DNA of 64,000 nucleotides, from assembly GCA_965217115.1 (NCBI GenBank), contig OZ244239.1:2014672-2078671 (forward strand), in the 5' to 3' direction. This DNA is from Bdellovibrionales bacterium (GTDB lineage Bacteria; Bdellovibrionota; Bdellovibrionia; Bdellovibrionales; CAYMLA01). A program made the position numbers and the translations under genes. Below, piece by piece: positions 29,388 to 38,854 of this stretch. The notes under the pieces were generated by a model. That model ran no database searches, was not told the DNA's origin, and was given only the letters and a program-made list of their open reading frames with translations. Positions within the stretch are counted from its first letter, which is position 1; each line of letters begins with the position of its first letter.

Positions 29388-30249
29388 GATATTGGTTATT
29401 TTTTCGATATTTCTGTCATTTGAATCTTGGGCAAATACCTGTCCTGATTGCAAGGGCAAAGAGAAGAAACCCATAGGGATTTGTTTTGTAGATCAATCTT
29501 TTGAGGGTACTTTCTTCGAAATGGGAATTCCCGCTGATTGTGGATATTGGTCTGAAAAATTCTTTGTTGGCAATAAAGATGACATGGAAGCTAAACTCAG
29601 AGAACTTTCAGAAAAATGCACCACTATATCAAGACTTACCTTTTCAGGGCATGGAAGTCCCGGCTATCATGCTTCAGGCCTCAGAACTGGAAAGGTAGGC
29701 TTTCTTAGAAACTATGGCTGTATGTTAGAAGAGGGGATAAATGTGAGAATTGATGGGTGCAATGTTGGGAGGGGTTGTGAAGGTGATATGTTTTTACATG
29801 ATATTGCGAAAAACCTTTTCCATGGAAAACAAGGATCTGTTAATTCTCCCACACACAATAGTTCAACTTTTTTACCTGGAGTGATCCCCAGCTTTTCGCT
29901 TAACGGTGTATCCAGAGAGTTACGATATAACCCCTCAAAAAAGTTTTCTCCTGAGGAGTGGACACAAACAGGGTTAGCCATTAGTGACGGCGGGACAATG
30001 GCGGAACATTGTAAAAATGAGATTACAGAGCTAATTGATGATATCAAGGTATATAAGAAAAAATGTGGAGACTTCGCAAGCCTATCTGGATATCAATCCC
30101 TTGCTGAAGGCTTATCTTATAGCCAAAGCTGGGACTATGCTAAGGTAAAGGATACAATAGTACGGTTAAAATATCATCTAAATTCTCTAAAAGACTGTAA
30201 ACCAGTTTATAGAGGACACCCTCTAAGAAGACGGAGAAGTGTGCAATAA
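29380..30249 (+). CDS. Secreted protein with caspase-fold (clan CD/DUF4347-like) His-Cys motifs
   Basis: Signal peptide; LTFSGHGSPG and IDGCNVG motifs. Confidence 0.65.
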   Translation: MNKILVIFSIFLSFESWANTCPDCKGKEKKPIGICFVDQSFEGTFFEMGIPADCGYWSEKFFVGNKDDMEAKLRELSEKCTTISRLTFSGHGSPGYHASGLRTGKVGFLRNYGCMLEEGINVRIDGCNVGRGCEGDMFLHDIAKNLFHGKQGSVNSPTHNSSTFLPGVIPSFSLNGVSRELRYNPSKKFSPEEWTQTGLAISDGGTMAEHCKNEITELIDDIKVYKKKCGDFASLSGYQSLAEGLSYSQSWDYAKVKDTIVRLKYHLNSLKDCKPVYRGHPLRRRRSVQ

Positions 30250-30430
30250 AATAAACCTCTCGATCTTTGTTTTTTATTTATAAAATCATGCCTTTAAAGG
30301 CAAATTAAAAAAACCACTATTAGACCAAAGAGCTTTCTTTAATTCTTTAGTTTTTTGCTTTTCCGATGAAGTTAAATAATGCCTTGCTAAGTTGAGACTC
30401 TTACTTGTGGCTTTTTTATCTTAGAAGGGA

Positions 30431-31756
30431 TTATTGAGGTTTTTGCGAATCGCTCCAAGGGAGTCCGAGGCCATCTTGACGTCTTATTTCTGCAAGCTCT
30501 TTTAAATCTGGAAGTTTCATTGTACCAAAAATAATATCGGCAAGTGGATAGAGAAGATTAAAATTCGTTCTTACTTTTTTATGATGCACGTAATGGATTT
30601 GTGCCATGAGGTTTCCGTAACGGGAATTAAGTAATTTTCTTAAAACAATCTTATTCTGGGTTTTTTCTAAGACTTGTTGGCGAGGTAAATGCATGTATTT
30701 ATGTACAAAGTTTACTCCAACTGGATAGAAAAATGTTGGTACGGTGGAGAGTGTTAACATTATAGGGTCAAATCCTAAAAAATAACCAATGAGAGCAGTG
30801 AGGGAAGAGACAGGAGCTACTAAATTGAAATAGTCTTTTTTACTCAAAACAAGACCATAGGCACTTTTTTTTACAAGATTTGTTTGATATCTTTCGCCAA
30901 AATTATTCTGTTTGACTTTTCCGTGTATGAAATTATCCACATGTAATTTGTGATTGAGATCATCAAATTGAGCAGTGTATTTCTTGTAGGTGACTCCGTG
31001 GTGTACGATACTGTGATTAAAGTGCATTCCTTTTAATAACTGACCAATAATCGGTAGGTCTCTTAGCTTTTGAGATGCATGGGCCCCATAGCGGTGGAAT
31101 GCATATTCGGCAAAGGAGGTGATTGCCAGTCCTGTCATGGCTGCAGCGAGATACTTGCCACCCAAGTTATGAAAAGCCATGCCTGTCAGTGCCAATGTGG
31201 AAATTGTTGTGAGAATCACGTAGTCTCTGACTTGAGGTACGTAGCTTCTAAAATACTCTTTATAGGATTGTGGTCCATGGCGCAAACTAGCGTTGTAGAA
31301 GGTCAGAGCTTCTGGGCGTAAAGATTTAAGGTGCTTTTTTGGTATAGGCTTTCCTGCATTTTCTCTTGAGAGGAATTGACCAGTTATTTTTTCGTAATGT
31401 ATTGACAGTAAGTCCTTAATCTTTTCGTTTAATTTAAATGGTTTAAGGATATTTATTTTTAATAAGTAAGTCAGTGATGCATAATTAACAATTAACGAGG
31501 ATTGGTTGCTGTTTTTAAATTCAAAATTTTCTAACTTCGTTAAAAGTAACTTCGCTCTAGTTACAAACTCTCCTTCTCCAAGAGCAATTTCTTCTGTGCG
31601 TCTGATTGTTTCAACATCACTCTTAGGGATTTTTTTAGAAAGAGAGCTGTATGGGTCTAAAAACAAAGACTTACAAGTGATGTTAGATTGAGCCAAAGAG
31701 TTCTGGGCTGCGTGTGTACTGCAGATGAGAAGACAGCTAAATAAGAACTTATTCAT
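30431..31756 (-). CDS. Fatty acid hydroxylase/sterol desaturase superfamily protein with N-terminal exported extension
   Basis: His boxes EYAFHRYGAH, HSIVHH, FVHKYMH, HYVHH..NFN, D..FGT; signal peptide. Confidence 0.85.
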   Translation of the reverse strand: MNKFLFSCLLICSTHAAQNSLAQSNITCKSLFLDPYSSLSKKIPKSDVETIRRTEEIALGEGEFVTRAKLLLTKLENFEFKNSNQSSLIVNYASLTYLLKINILKPFKLNEKIKDLLSIHYEKITGQFLSRENAGKPIPKKHLKSLRPEALTFYNASLRHGPQSYKEYFRSYVPQVRDYVILTTISTLALTGMAFHNLGGKYLAAAMTGLAITSFAEYAFHRYGAHASQKLRDLPIIGQLLKGMHFNHSIVHHGVTYKKYTAQFDDLNHKLHVDNFIHGKVKQNNFGERYQTNLVKKSAYGLVLSKKDYFNLVAPVSSLTALIGYFLGFDPIMLTLSTVPTFFYPVGVNFVHKYMHLPRQQVLEKTQNKIVLRKLLNSRYGNLMAQIHYVHHKKVRTNFNLLYPLADIIFGTMKLPDLKELAEIRRQDGLGLPWSDSQKPQ

Positions 31757-31913
31757 TCATTACCTCAAAAGTCTTTTCTTACAACATTAGCAGAGAAAAA
31801 TAGTTTTGTTTTGACGATTTGTGTGGTGATGCAAGGTTTATGGAAAAAAACATTGGGATGTGTGTCTATTTGGGAAGATTTCTTTACATGGTCCAATCAA
31901 ATGAACAGGAACT

Positions 31914-32801
31914 CTATTCAATAGGGAGACAGTAGTACGATATAGAGTCGCTTTGATTTTTTTTATATAATTTATGATCGTAGATCTCTAAATCAAATGA
32001 ATTTATTCTTTTATGTTTAGATTGAGGTAGCCATATACCATAGATAAAATCTGCAGCAATATGGCAAGAATGAGTATTGCCACGAATTTCAAAAATAGCG
32101 TATTTTTGCGATTTAATTTCAAAGATTTTCATTGTATGAGGAAAATCAGAGAATGAGGAAACTTCTGCACCTGCTAGATAGTTAAGCTCATTACAATTCA
32201 TATCTCCATGTGGTGTTATGATAACACCGTAGCTAAAATTCTTAACTTTGTTTTTTATTTTTTTTCTTTCGCAATTAAATTTGGTCCAATGATTTGAAAT
32301 TTTATTGTATGATTTTTTTTCACTTGCAAGAGTAGATTCAAATTTTGTGTTGAGGCCAACGATCTGTTTAGAATCGATTTCTTCGATTTTAGGGATGTGT
32401 GAGATGTTTAGAGAGATATAATCTAAGCGACTTTTATCCAGGTAGGGTTTCATTTTTGAGATTAAAGAGATTTTTTCTCTTTTAACGAACCCTGGAGTAT
32501 AACTGAAATAATCTTTAAACGCTCTAGAAAACGATTCTTGAGATGAGAACTGGTAGTTAATAGCGATATCAATTATTTTTAAATGACCTTTTTTCAAATC
32601 TTCAGCTGCTAATGACAACCTCCTTCCTTTTAAGTAATTTCCAATGGAATCACTGACAATGGCCCGAAAAATCCTTTGAAACTCCCATTGAGAGAACGAG
32701 CTTAATTCGCATAAAGATTCTACAGTAATAGGTGTGTGAATATTGCTTTCGATAAAATCTATAACTTTTTGTATTTCCAGGATATAACGCTCTGTAACCA
32801 T
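31914..32801 (-). CDS. AraC family regulator with GyrI-like effector domain (Rob-like)
   Basis: IQKVIDFIE, FQRIF, YLKGRRL, FSSQESFSRAFK..TPG; C-terminal IYGIWLPQS. Confidence 0.93.
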   Translation of the reverse strand: MVTERYILEIQKVIDFIESNIHTPITVESLCELSSFSQWEFQRIFRAIVSDSIGNYLKGRRLSLAAEDLKKGHLKIIDIAINYQFSSQESFSRAFKDYFSYTPGFVKREKISLISKMKPYLDKSRLDYISLNISHIPKIEEIDSKQIVGLNTKFESTLASEKKSYNKISNHWTKFNCERKKIKNKVKNFSYGVIITPHGDMNCNELNYLAGAEVSSFSDFPHTMKIFEIKSQKYAIFEIRGNTHSCHIAADFIYGIWLPQSKHKRINSFDLEIYDHKLYKKNQSDSISYYCLPIE

Positions 32802-32978
32802 GAGTTAAAGCATGACATCTAAAGGTTATAATGTCATTTGATGAAATGTGCGGGGTTAGACCGTGTCGTCAACAAAAAATTCCTTGTTAATTAATAGCTT
32901 GACCCCAGAAAAAAGAATCACTTCCAGTAAATTATCCACTGGCAGTGCTGAGGTCGGTGGTTCGTTCCGTACTCAGAT

Positions 32979-33071
32979 TGGTGGAGGAGGGGGGATTCGA
33001 ACCCCCGGTACGAGTTTACCTCGCACGACTGTTTAGCAAACAGTTGGTTTCAGCCACTCACCCACTCCTCC
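32979..33071 (-). tRNA. tRNA-Ser(GCT)
   Basis: GGAGGAG acceptor, anticodon arm ACTGT-TTGCTAA-ACAGT, long variable arm, GGGGGTTCGAATCCCCC, CCA. Confidence 0.97.
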
Positions 33072-33166
33072 TACTAGAAGTCACAACGGAGTAACATTTC
33101 AGAAGAAAACTTTGCCACAGGCTTGATCTGGAATCAAGAGACTCCTTTGAGTTTCTTGGAAGATAT

Positions 33167-33754
33167 CTAGTAGTTTTCAGGAAAAAGAGTTCTTTCCACG
33201 GTTTCAATGACTGTGTGAATGAGCTTAATGTGAATTTCCTGTATTCTGTCCGATGTCTGAGCAGGGACGACAAGGGCTAGATCAGCTAACTTTCCAAGGG
33301 CCCCTCCGTCTTTCCCCAGAAGCCCGACGGTGGTCATTCCGGCCTCTCTGGCAGCTTCAAAGGCGTGGATAAGATTTTGAGAGTTGCCGCTGGTTGAGAG
33401 TCCAATGAGAATATCTCCTCTCTTGCCGAGAGCTTCCACCTGGCGTGAAAAAACATATTCAAAGCCATAGTCATTAGAGACACAGGTCACGTGGCTAGGG
33501 TCTCCTAGAGCGATGGCCCCCAGGGGTTTGCGATCCTTGCGGTAGCGACCTGTCATTTCCTCAGCAAAGTGCATGGCATCGCAATGACTGCCTCCGTTGC
33601 CACAGGAAAAAACAAGGTTTTTATTGGTCCATGCTTCAATGAGAAGTTCAGAGAACTTTTGGCAATGATCCATAAATAACGGATCAGATAATGTCTTGTT
33701 GAGGACTTCTTGGGCTTCATTGAGAGAGTGATGCCAGGTGGTTTTTAGATCCAA
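33167..33754 (-). CDS. gmhA: D-sedoheptulose 7-phosphate isomerase
   Basis: CGNGGSHCDAMHFAEE, SNDYG, FSRQVEA, STSGNS, RIQEIH. Confidence 0.97.
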   Translation of the reverse strand: MDLKTTWHHSLNEAQEVLNKTLSDPLFMDHCQKFSELLIEAWTNKNLVFSCGNGGSHCDAMHFAEEMTGRYRKDRKPLGAIALGDPSHVTCVSNDYGFEYVFSRQVEALGKRGDILIGLSTSGNSQNLIHAFEAAREAGMTTVGLLGKDGGALGKLADLALVVPAQTSDRIQEIHIKLIHTVIETVERTLFPENY

Positions 33755-33813
33755 AACTTTCTCCTTAAATAGGCTTGATTTTCAAAGTAAACCCGTCTAA
33801 CTTCTTGCTTTCT

Positions 33814-33890
33814 GCGCCTGTAGCTCAGCTGGATAGAGTACATGACTACGAATCATGTGGTCGGAGGTTCGACTCCTTCCAGGCGCGCCA
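33814..33890 (+). tRNA. tRNA-Arg(ACG)
   Basis: GCGCCTG acceptor, anticodon arm CATGA-CTACGAA-TCATG, GGTTCGACTCC, CCA. Confidence 0.98.
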
Positions 33891-34042
33891 TTCCCAAACT
33901 TTAAAAAAAAAAGAAACTCTGCCCCCAAAAGACAGCGCGCTCTCTTTCTTCAAAACTACTCTGAAAAAGGCCTTTCTGTCAAAAGAAGCCTGCATTTTTT
34001 AGATAGTCCCCCAACCTCAGAAATGCTAGTCTGTAGTGAATT

Positions 34043-34213
34043 ATGGTGAGTTATATAATCAGTTTTGTATTTTTAATTCTAACCATCCCCATGGTTGAAG
34101 GTGAGGGCTGGTTTGGTGTGCCATTGTGGGTGTTTTTTTCTCTGTTAGCGACGGTCTTTTATATTCTTAGTTTGCTTTTTATTATTGGTAAAAAATGGCA
34201 TCAGCTGAAGTAA
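34043..34213 (+). CDS. Small two-TM membrane protein (YhdT/DUF997/DUF3311-like SSS accessory), absent from the ORF track
   Basis: 56 aa MVSYIISFVFLILTIPMVEGEGWFGVPLWVFFSLLATVFYILSLLFIIGKKWHQLK; FGxPxW motif; overlaps the symporter start. Confidence 0.75.
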   Translation: MVSYIISFVFLILTIPMVEGEGWFGVPLWVFFSLLATVFYILSLLFIIGKKWHQLK

Positions 34214-35643
34214 TTTTCCAAAGCACGGGCGATATTTCCTTTATTGTCTTGTACCTGTTATCGCTGATTGCCATTGGTTTTTACGGCAAGAGCAAGCGAG
34301 ATAAAAACTCCTTAAATGATTTTTATCTGGGAGGGGGTTTTGGTTTTTTCCTGTTGTTCCTCACCTTTTATGCAACGCAATATAGTGGCAACACTATTAT
34401 TGGACTCACTGGCAAGGCCTACCGTGAAGGGTGGTTGGGGTTAAACCTTGTTGTGTTTATGATTTCCGTTATTGGCGGTCTGTTGCTGTATGCTCCGAAA
34501 CTATATCAACGGAGCCAGAGTAAAAAATATCTAACCTTGAGTGATTACATTGATGATCGCTATGCCCACAGAGGATTGCAGTATTTAATTATTGCAGTTT
34601 GTGTCTTTGTCCTCGGAAATTATGTTCTGAGTAATTTAAAAGCGGTGGGCCATATTGTCAATACCATCTCTAATGGGCATATCAGTAACGCTTGGGGTAT
34701 TTTTTCCCTCGCAGCCGTGATCCTCATCTATGAGAGCTTAGGCGGCATACGTTCGGTTGTTTTAACAGATGCTCTGCAGGGGATTTTGTTGTTCATCACG
34801 ATCCAAATTATTTTCTCTGTCGTGTTGTATTACTATGTTCTATCGCCAGAAGTGGGGGCCGCTCCATTATCAGCCATCAACGGGAGCACCCTGCCTGATG
34901 GCAGTGGGCAGATAAAATGGATAAGCACTATTATGCTTATCTTTTTCAGTATCGCCCTCTACCCCCATGCCGTGCAAAGAGTGCTCATGGCAAAGAGTGA
35001 GGCCGCTTTAAAAAATTCATTGAAGCTCATGGTCATTGCCCCGTTGTTTACCACCCTGCCTTTGGTTCTCATTGCTATTATCGCGACCACAGTCCTGCCC
35101 AACTTGGATCAGGCATCGAGTGAGAATGTTCTGTTGCTCATGTTGATGCAGCTTAATCACATCCCGTGGATACATTGGGTGATTGTTCTATTTTTCTCAG
35201 CCGCATTGGCGGCCATTATGTCAACGATTGACTCAAGCAACCTAGCACTTAATTCAATTTTGATAAAAAACGTTTATTTGAAAATCAATCCAAAGGCAAA
35301 AAGCTCCAACATCATGGGGATGGTAAAAATCATATCATTGACCATGATCATGTTCCTATCTTATTTGGCAGTGAGCATTGAGAGTTCAATCTGGACTATT
35401 CTAAAAATCAAATTAGAAATACTGGCACAACTATTCCCAGCATTGACCTTAGGTCTGTGGCTCCCAAAACTTCGCGCAGAATCGGTGTTCTACGGCTTGA
35501 TCGCCGGCTTAACACTGACATCTTATCTGCTTCTGTTTTCCGACACCCCCAAACCAATGCATATCCATGCAGGTCTGTGGGGCCTGCTACTCAACGTGAT
35601 AACTCTTTGGATAAACCAACGACGCAAACAACCCACTCGTTAA
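34195..35643 (+). CDS. Sodium:solute symporter (SSS family, PanF-like)
   Basis: About 13 TM; DFYLGG, ATQYSG.T..G..G.AY, GG.RSV..TD..QG, AAIMSTIDS. Confidence 0.93.
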   Translation: MASAEVIFQSTGDISFIVLYLLSLIAIGFYGKSKRDKNSLNDFYLGGGFGFFLLFLTFYATQYSGNTIIGLTGKAYREGWLGLNLVVFMISVIGGLLLYAPKLYQRSQSKKYLTLSDYIDDRYAHRGLQYLIIAVCVFVLGNYVLSNLKAVGHIVNTISNGHISNAWGIFSLAAVILIYESLGGIRSVVLTDALQGILLFITIQIIFSVVLYYYVLSPEVGAAPLSAINGSTLPDGSGQIKWISTIMLIFFSIALYPHAVQRVLMAKSEAALKNSLKLMVIAPLFTTLPLVLIAIIATTVLPNLDQASSENVLLLMLMQLNHIPWIHWVIVLFFSAALAAIMSTIDSSNLALNSILIKNVYLKINPKAKSSNIMGMVKIISLTMIMFLSYLAVSIESSIWTILKIKLEILAQLFPALTLGLWLPKLRAESVFYGLIAGLTLTSYLLLFSDTPKPMHIHAGLWGLLLNVITLWINQRRKQPTR

Positions 35644-35839
35644 ACCGATAGGACGCAGCCTATTAAATATCCCCTCCCCCCATAAGCTCCAGATAAGCAC
35701 CCCTTAGTCGTCTTTGCTTGTAGCCAAGATTAAGTCCTTCCTTAAATCCACCCATGGGGTTAATATCACTCTATCCCGTGGTGGACTTTTAATTGAATAG
35801 CTCCTGCCAGAGGGTTATTAAACTATGGGCAAAGGTTAG

Positions 35840-38557
35840 ATGATGAGCACAAGAAGTATTACTGAAATTATTGAGGAATTACAAACGTATAAAAATTGTA
35901 TTTTTCGCGGTGAAAATAAAAAATACGATGAAGTATCATCAGCGCTATATCGAAAATTTAAGAAAGAAGGTGATATGTCTCATCTGTTTAAAATAGAGAA
36001 AGAGTCGATTGAAGATGCAAGGCCTCATATTCCGATAGACACAGACATTGAAATTTTAGCTAAGTTACAGCGTGATGGAGGAAAAACGAATTTAATTGAT
36101 TTTTCTTCTGATAAACTGGTTGCTTTATTTTTTGCTTGTAATGGTGAGTTTGAGGAAGATGGGAGAATCATTATTTTTAATAAATCTAAGGCAACGGAAA
36201 AAAAAATCATTGAGTATGAAGACAAAGAGCCTTATGGAATAGTGTTTTCTACCAGCAAAGAGGTACGAGCAATTGCTCAAAGCAATGTATTTATTCATGC
36301 AAAACAATGTTATATAAAGGAAGAGGATTACATATCTGTTCCTATACAAAAAGAAGAAAAAAAAGCATTATTAAAAAGTTTAGATGAAGACTTTAATAAA
36401 AGTAAGGAGACTCTTTATAATGACTGGATAAACTTTATTCAAAATCGAGATGATTATCTTGAGAAAGAAGTAGAGCGGCTTGAAAATTTAAATGATGACT
36501 CCTTAGGGAAAAACATAGAACTCATCAGGGGACATACAGAAATAAACCCTCAAAAGGCAAATGCATATAATATTCGGGGCAATAAGAAGCTTGCTTTAGG
36601 TGATAACAAAGGGGCAATAGCAGCTTTTGATAAAGCCATAAAAATAAATTCTCAAGACAACGGTGCATACCATAGTCGAAGTATTGCAAAATTTGCTTTA
36701 GGAAAATATCAAGAGGCAGTAGAAGATTGTGATAAGGTCATAGAAATAAACTCTCAAGATGCGATTTCATATATTAACCGAGGTTTAGCAAGATTTACTT
36801 TAGGCGATAGCAAGGGAGCAATAGAAGATCTTAATAAAGCCATAGAACTAAATCCTCAAAATGCCAATGCATATAATATTCGAGGCGCTATAAGGTTTGC
36901 TTTAGGTGATAAAAACGGGGCACTAGCAGATTATGATAAATCCATAGGAATAGATCCTCAAAAGGCCAAGGTATACTATAATCGAGGCATTGTAAAGGTT
37001 GAGTTAGGTGATAAGAAAGGTGCAATAGTAGATTATGATAAATCCATAGGAATAGATCCTCAAAATGCCCTTACATATAATAACCGAGGCAATGCAAAGC
37101 TTAGATTAGGTGAGAATCTAGGGGCACTAGCAGATTATAATAAAGCCATAGAGTTAGATCCTCAACTTGCAATGGCATACGTTAACCGAGGCAATGCAAA
37201 GGCTGAGTTAGGTGAGAATCAAGAGGCAATAGTAGATTTTGATAAAGCCATAGAGTTAAATCCTCAACTTCCAGAAGCATATGCTAGCCGAGGCAGTGTA
37301 AATGGTGATTTAGGTAATAAGAAATGGGCACTAGCAGATTTTGATAAAGCCATAGAAATAAACCCTGATCTTGCAGAGGCATATGCTAGCCGAGGCATTG
37401 TAAAGGATGGTTTAGGTGATAATGAAGGGGCACTAGCAGATTATAATAAAGCTATAGAACTAGGTCCTAAATATGCAATGGCGTACTTTAACCGAGGCGT
37501 TACAAAGTTTAAATTAGATGATAATGAAGGGGCACTAGCAGATTATAATAAAGCCATAGAGCTAAACCCTAATTTTGCGGAGGCATATAATAATCGAGGC
37601 AATGCAAAGTTAAAATTAGGTGATAATCCAGGGGCAACAGCAGATTTTGATAAAGCGATAGAACTAAACCCTCAACTTGCCAATGCATACTATAGCCGAG
37701 GTAATACAAAGTTTGTTTCAAGTGATAAAAACGGTGCAATAGTAGATTTGAATAAAGCCATAGAACTAAATCCTGAATATGTAGAGGCGTACTGTAATCG
37801 AGGCATTGCAAAAGCTGATTTAGGTAATAATCAAGAGGCAATAATAGATTTTGATAAAGCGATAGAACTAAACCTTCAACTTGCCAGTGCATACTATAAC
37901 CGAGGCAAGGCAAAGTTTGCTTTATATGATAAGAAAGGGGCGATAGCAGATTATAATAAAGCCATAGAACTAAATCCTGAATATGCAGAAGCATACTGTA
38001 GTCGAGGCATTGTAAAAGTTAAGTTAGGTGATAATCAAGGAGCAATAGCAGATTTTGATAAAGCCATAGAGCTAAACCCTAATTTTGCGGAGGCATATAA
38101 TAATCGAGGCAATGCAAAGCTTGGATTAAATGATAAGGAAGGGGCAATAGTAGATTTTGATAAAGCGATAGAACTAAACCCTCAATTTGCCAGTGCATAC
38201 TATAGCCGAGGTAATGCAAAGACTGTTTCAGGTAATAATAAAGGGGCAATAGTAGATTATGATAAAGCCATAAAAATAAATCCTCACTTTGCAGAGGCAT
38301 ACTGTAATCGAGGTAATGCAAAGGTTGTTTTAGGTAATAATAAAGGGGCAATAGTAGATTATGATAAAGCCATAAAAATAAATCCTCACTTTGCAGAGGC
38401 ATATTGTAACCGATCTATTGTAAAGTTTAATTTAGGCATTAGAAATATAGCAATCGCAGAGTTGACACAAGCAAAAATATTCTTTGAAAAACAAGGAGAC
38501 ACGGAAGCAGTTGCTAAAATAGAACAGACTTTACAAAAACTAAAAAATAGCAATTAA
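35840..38557 (+). CDS. FRG-domain protein with ~19 TPR repeats
   Basis: IFRGE, T.LIDFS...LVALFFAC, R..AQS.VF; 34-aa repeats AY.NRG...LG....A..D..KAIE.NP with 102-bp periodicity. Confidence 0.92.
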   Translation: MMSTRSITEIIEELQTYKNCIFRGENKKYDEVSSALYRKFKKEGDMSHLFKIEKESIEDARPHIPIDTDIEILAKLQRDGGKTNLIDFSSDKLVALFFACNGEFEEDGRIIIFNKSKATEKKIIEYEDKEPYGIVFSTSKEVRAIAQSNVFIHAKQCYIKEEDYISVPIQKEEKKALLKSLDEDFNKSKETLYNDWINFIQNRDDYLEKEVERLENLNDDSLGKNIELIRGHTEINPQKANAYNIRGNKKLALGDNKGAIAAFDKAIKINSQDNGAYHSRSIAKFALGKYQEAVEDCDKVIEINSQDAISYINRGLARFTLGDSKGAIEDLNKAIELNPQNANAYNIRGAIRFALGDKNGALADYDKSIGIDPQKAKVYYNRGIVKVELGDKKGAIVDYDKSIGIDPQNALTYNNRGNAKLRLGENLGALADYNKAIELDPQLAMAYVNRGNAKAELGENQEAIVDFDKAIELNPQLPEAYASRGSVNGDLGNKKWALADFDKAIEINPDLAEAYASRGIVKDGLGDNEGALADYNKAIELGPKYAMAYFNRGVTKFKLDDNEGALADYNKAIELNPNFAEAYNNRGNAKLKLGDNPGATADFDKAIELNPQLANAYYSRGNTKFVSSDKNGAIVDLNKAIELNPEYVEAYCNRGIAKADLGNNQEAIIDFDKAIELNLQLASAYYNRGKAKFALYDKKGAIADYNKAIELNPEYAEAYCSRGIVKVKLGDNQGAIADFDKAIELNPNFAEAYNNRGNAKLGLNDKEGAIVDFDKAIELNPQFASAYYSRGNAKTVSGNNKGAIVDYDKAIKINPHFAEAYCNRGNAKVVLGNNKGAIVDYDKAIKINPHFAEAYCNRSIVKFNLGIRNIAIAELTQAKIFFEKQGDTEAVAKIEQTLQKLKNSN

Positions 38558-38854
38558 CTAAAAAAAGCAAGGAGGGTTTCTTTTTAGTTTCACCATATTT
38601 TAATCTGCAGCGTAGCCTCTAAGCAAGAAACCTCTAATAAAAAAAAATTACCAGCTTGGCAACCTCGTCATCTTTCCCCCGTTTTCCGAGGTGAGCTATT
38701 TGGCTTCCACCGCAAGTAAACAAGACTGCAATGGCAGAGTAATATTTACATCATCACGCTTTGATTAATTGGATAAGTGAATGTTTTTCTTGAGTGTAGG
38801 AGAAGTTCCTGCTAATTTCCGCGACTTGATAAATTCCTAAGCTATTGGGATGAA

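Noticed and set aside
33775-34049. ORFs overlapping tRNA-Arg
   Set aside because: Spurious translations through the tRNA gene
37569-38402. Repetitive minus-strand ORFs (141 and 107 aa)
   Set aside because: Antisense shadows of the TPR repeats
36540-38420. DGR template/variable repeat pair
   Set aside because: Differences among TPR repeats are not adenine-specific and no reverse transcriptase is present
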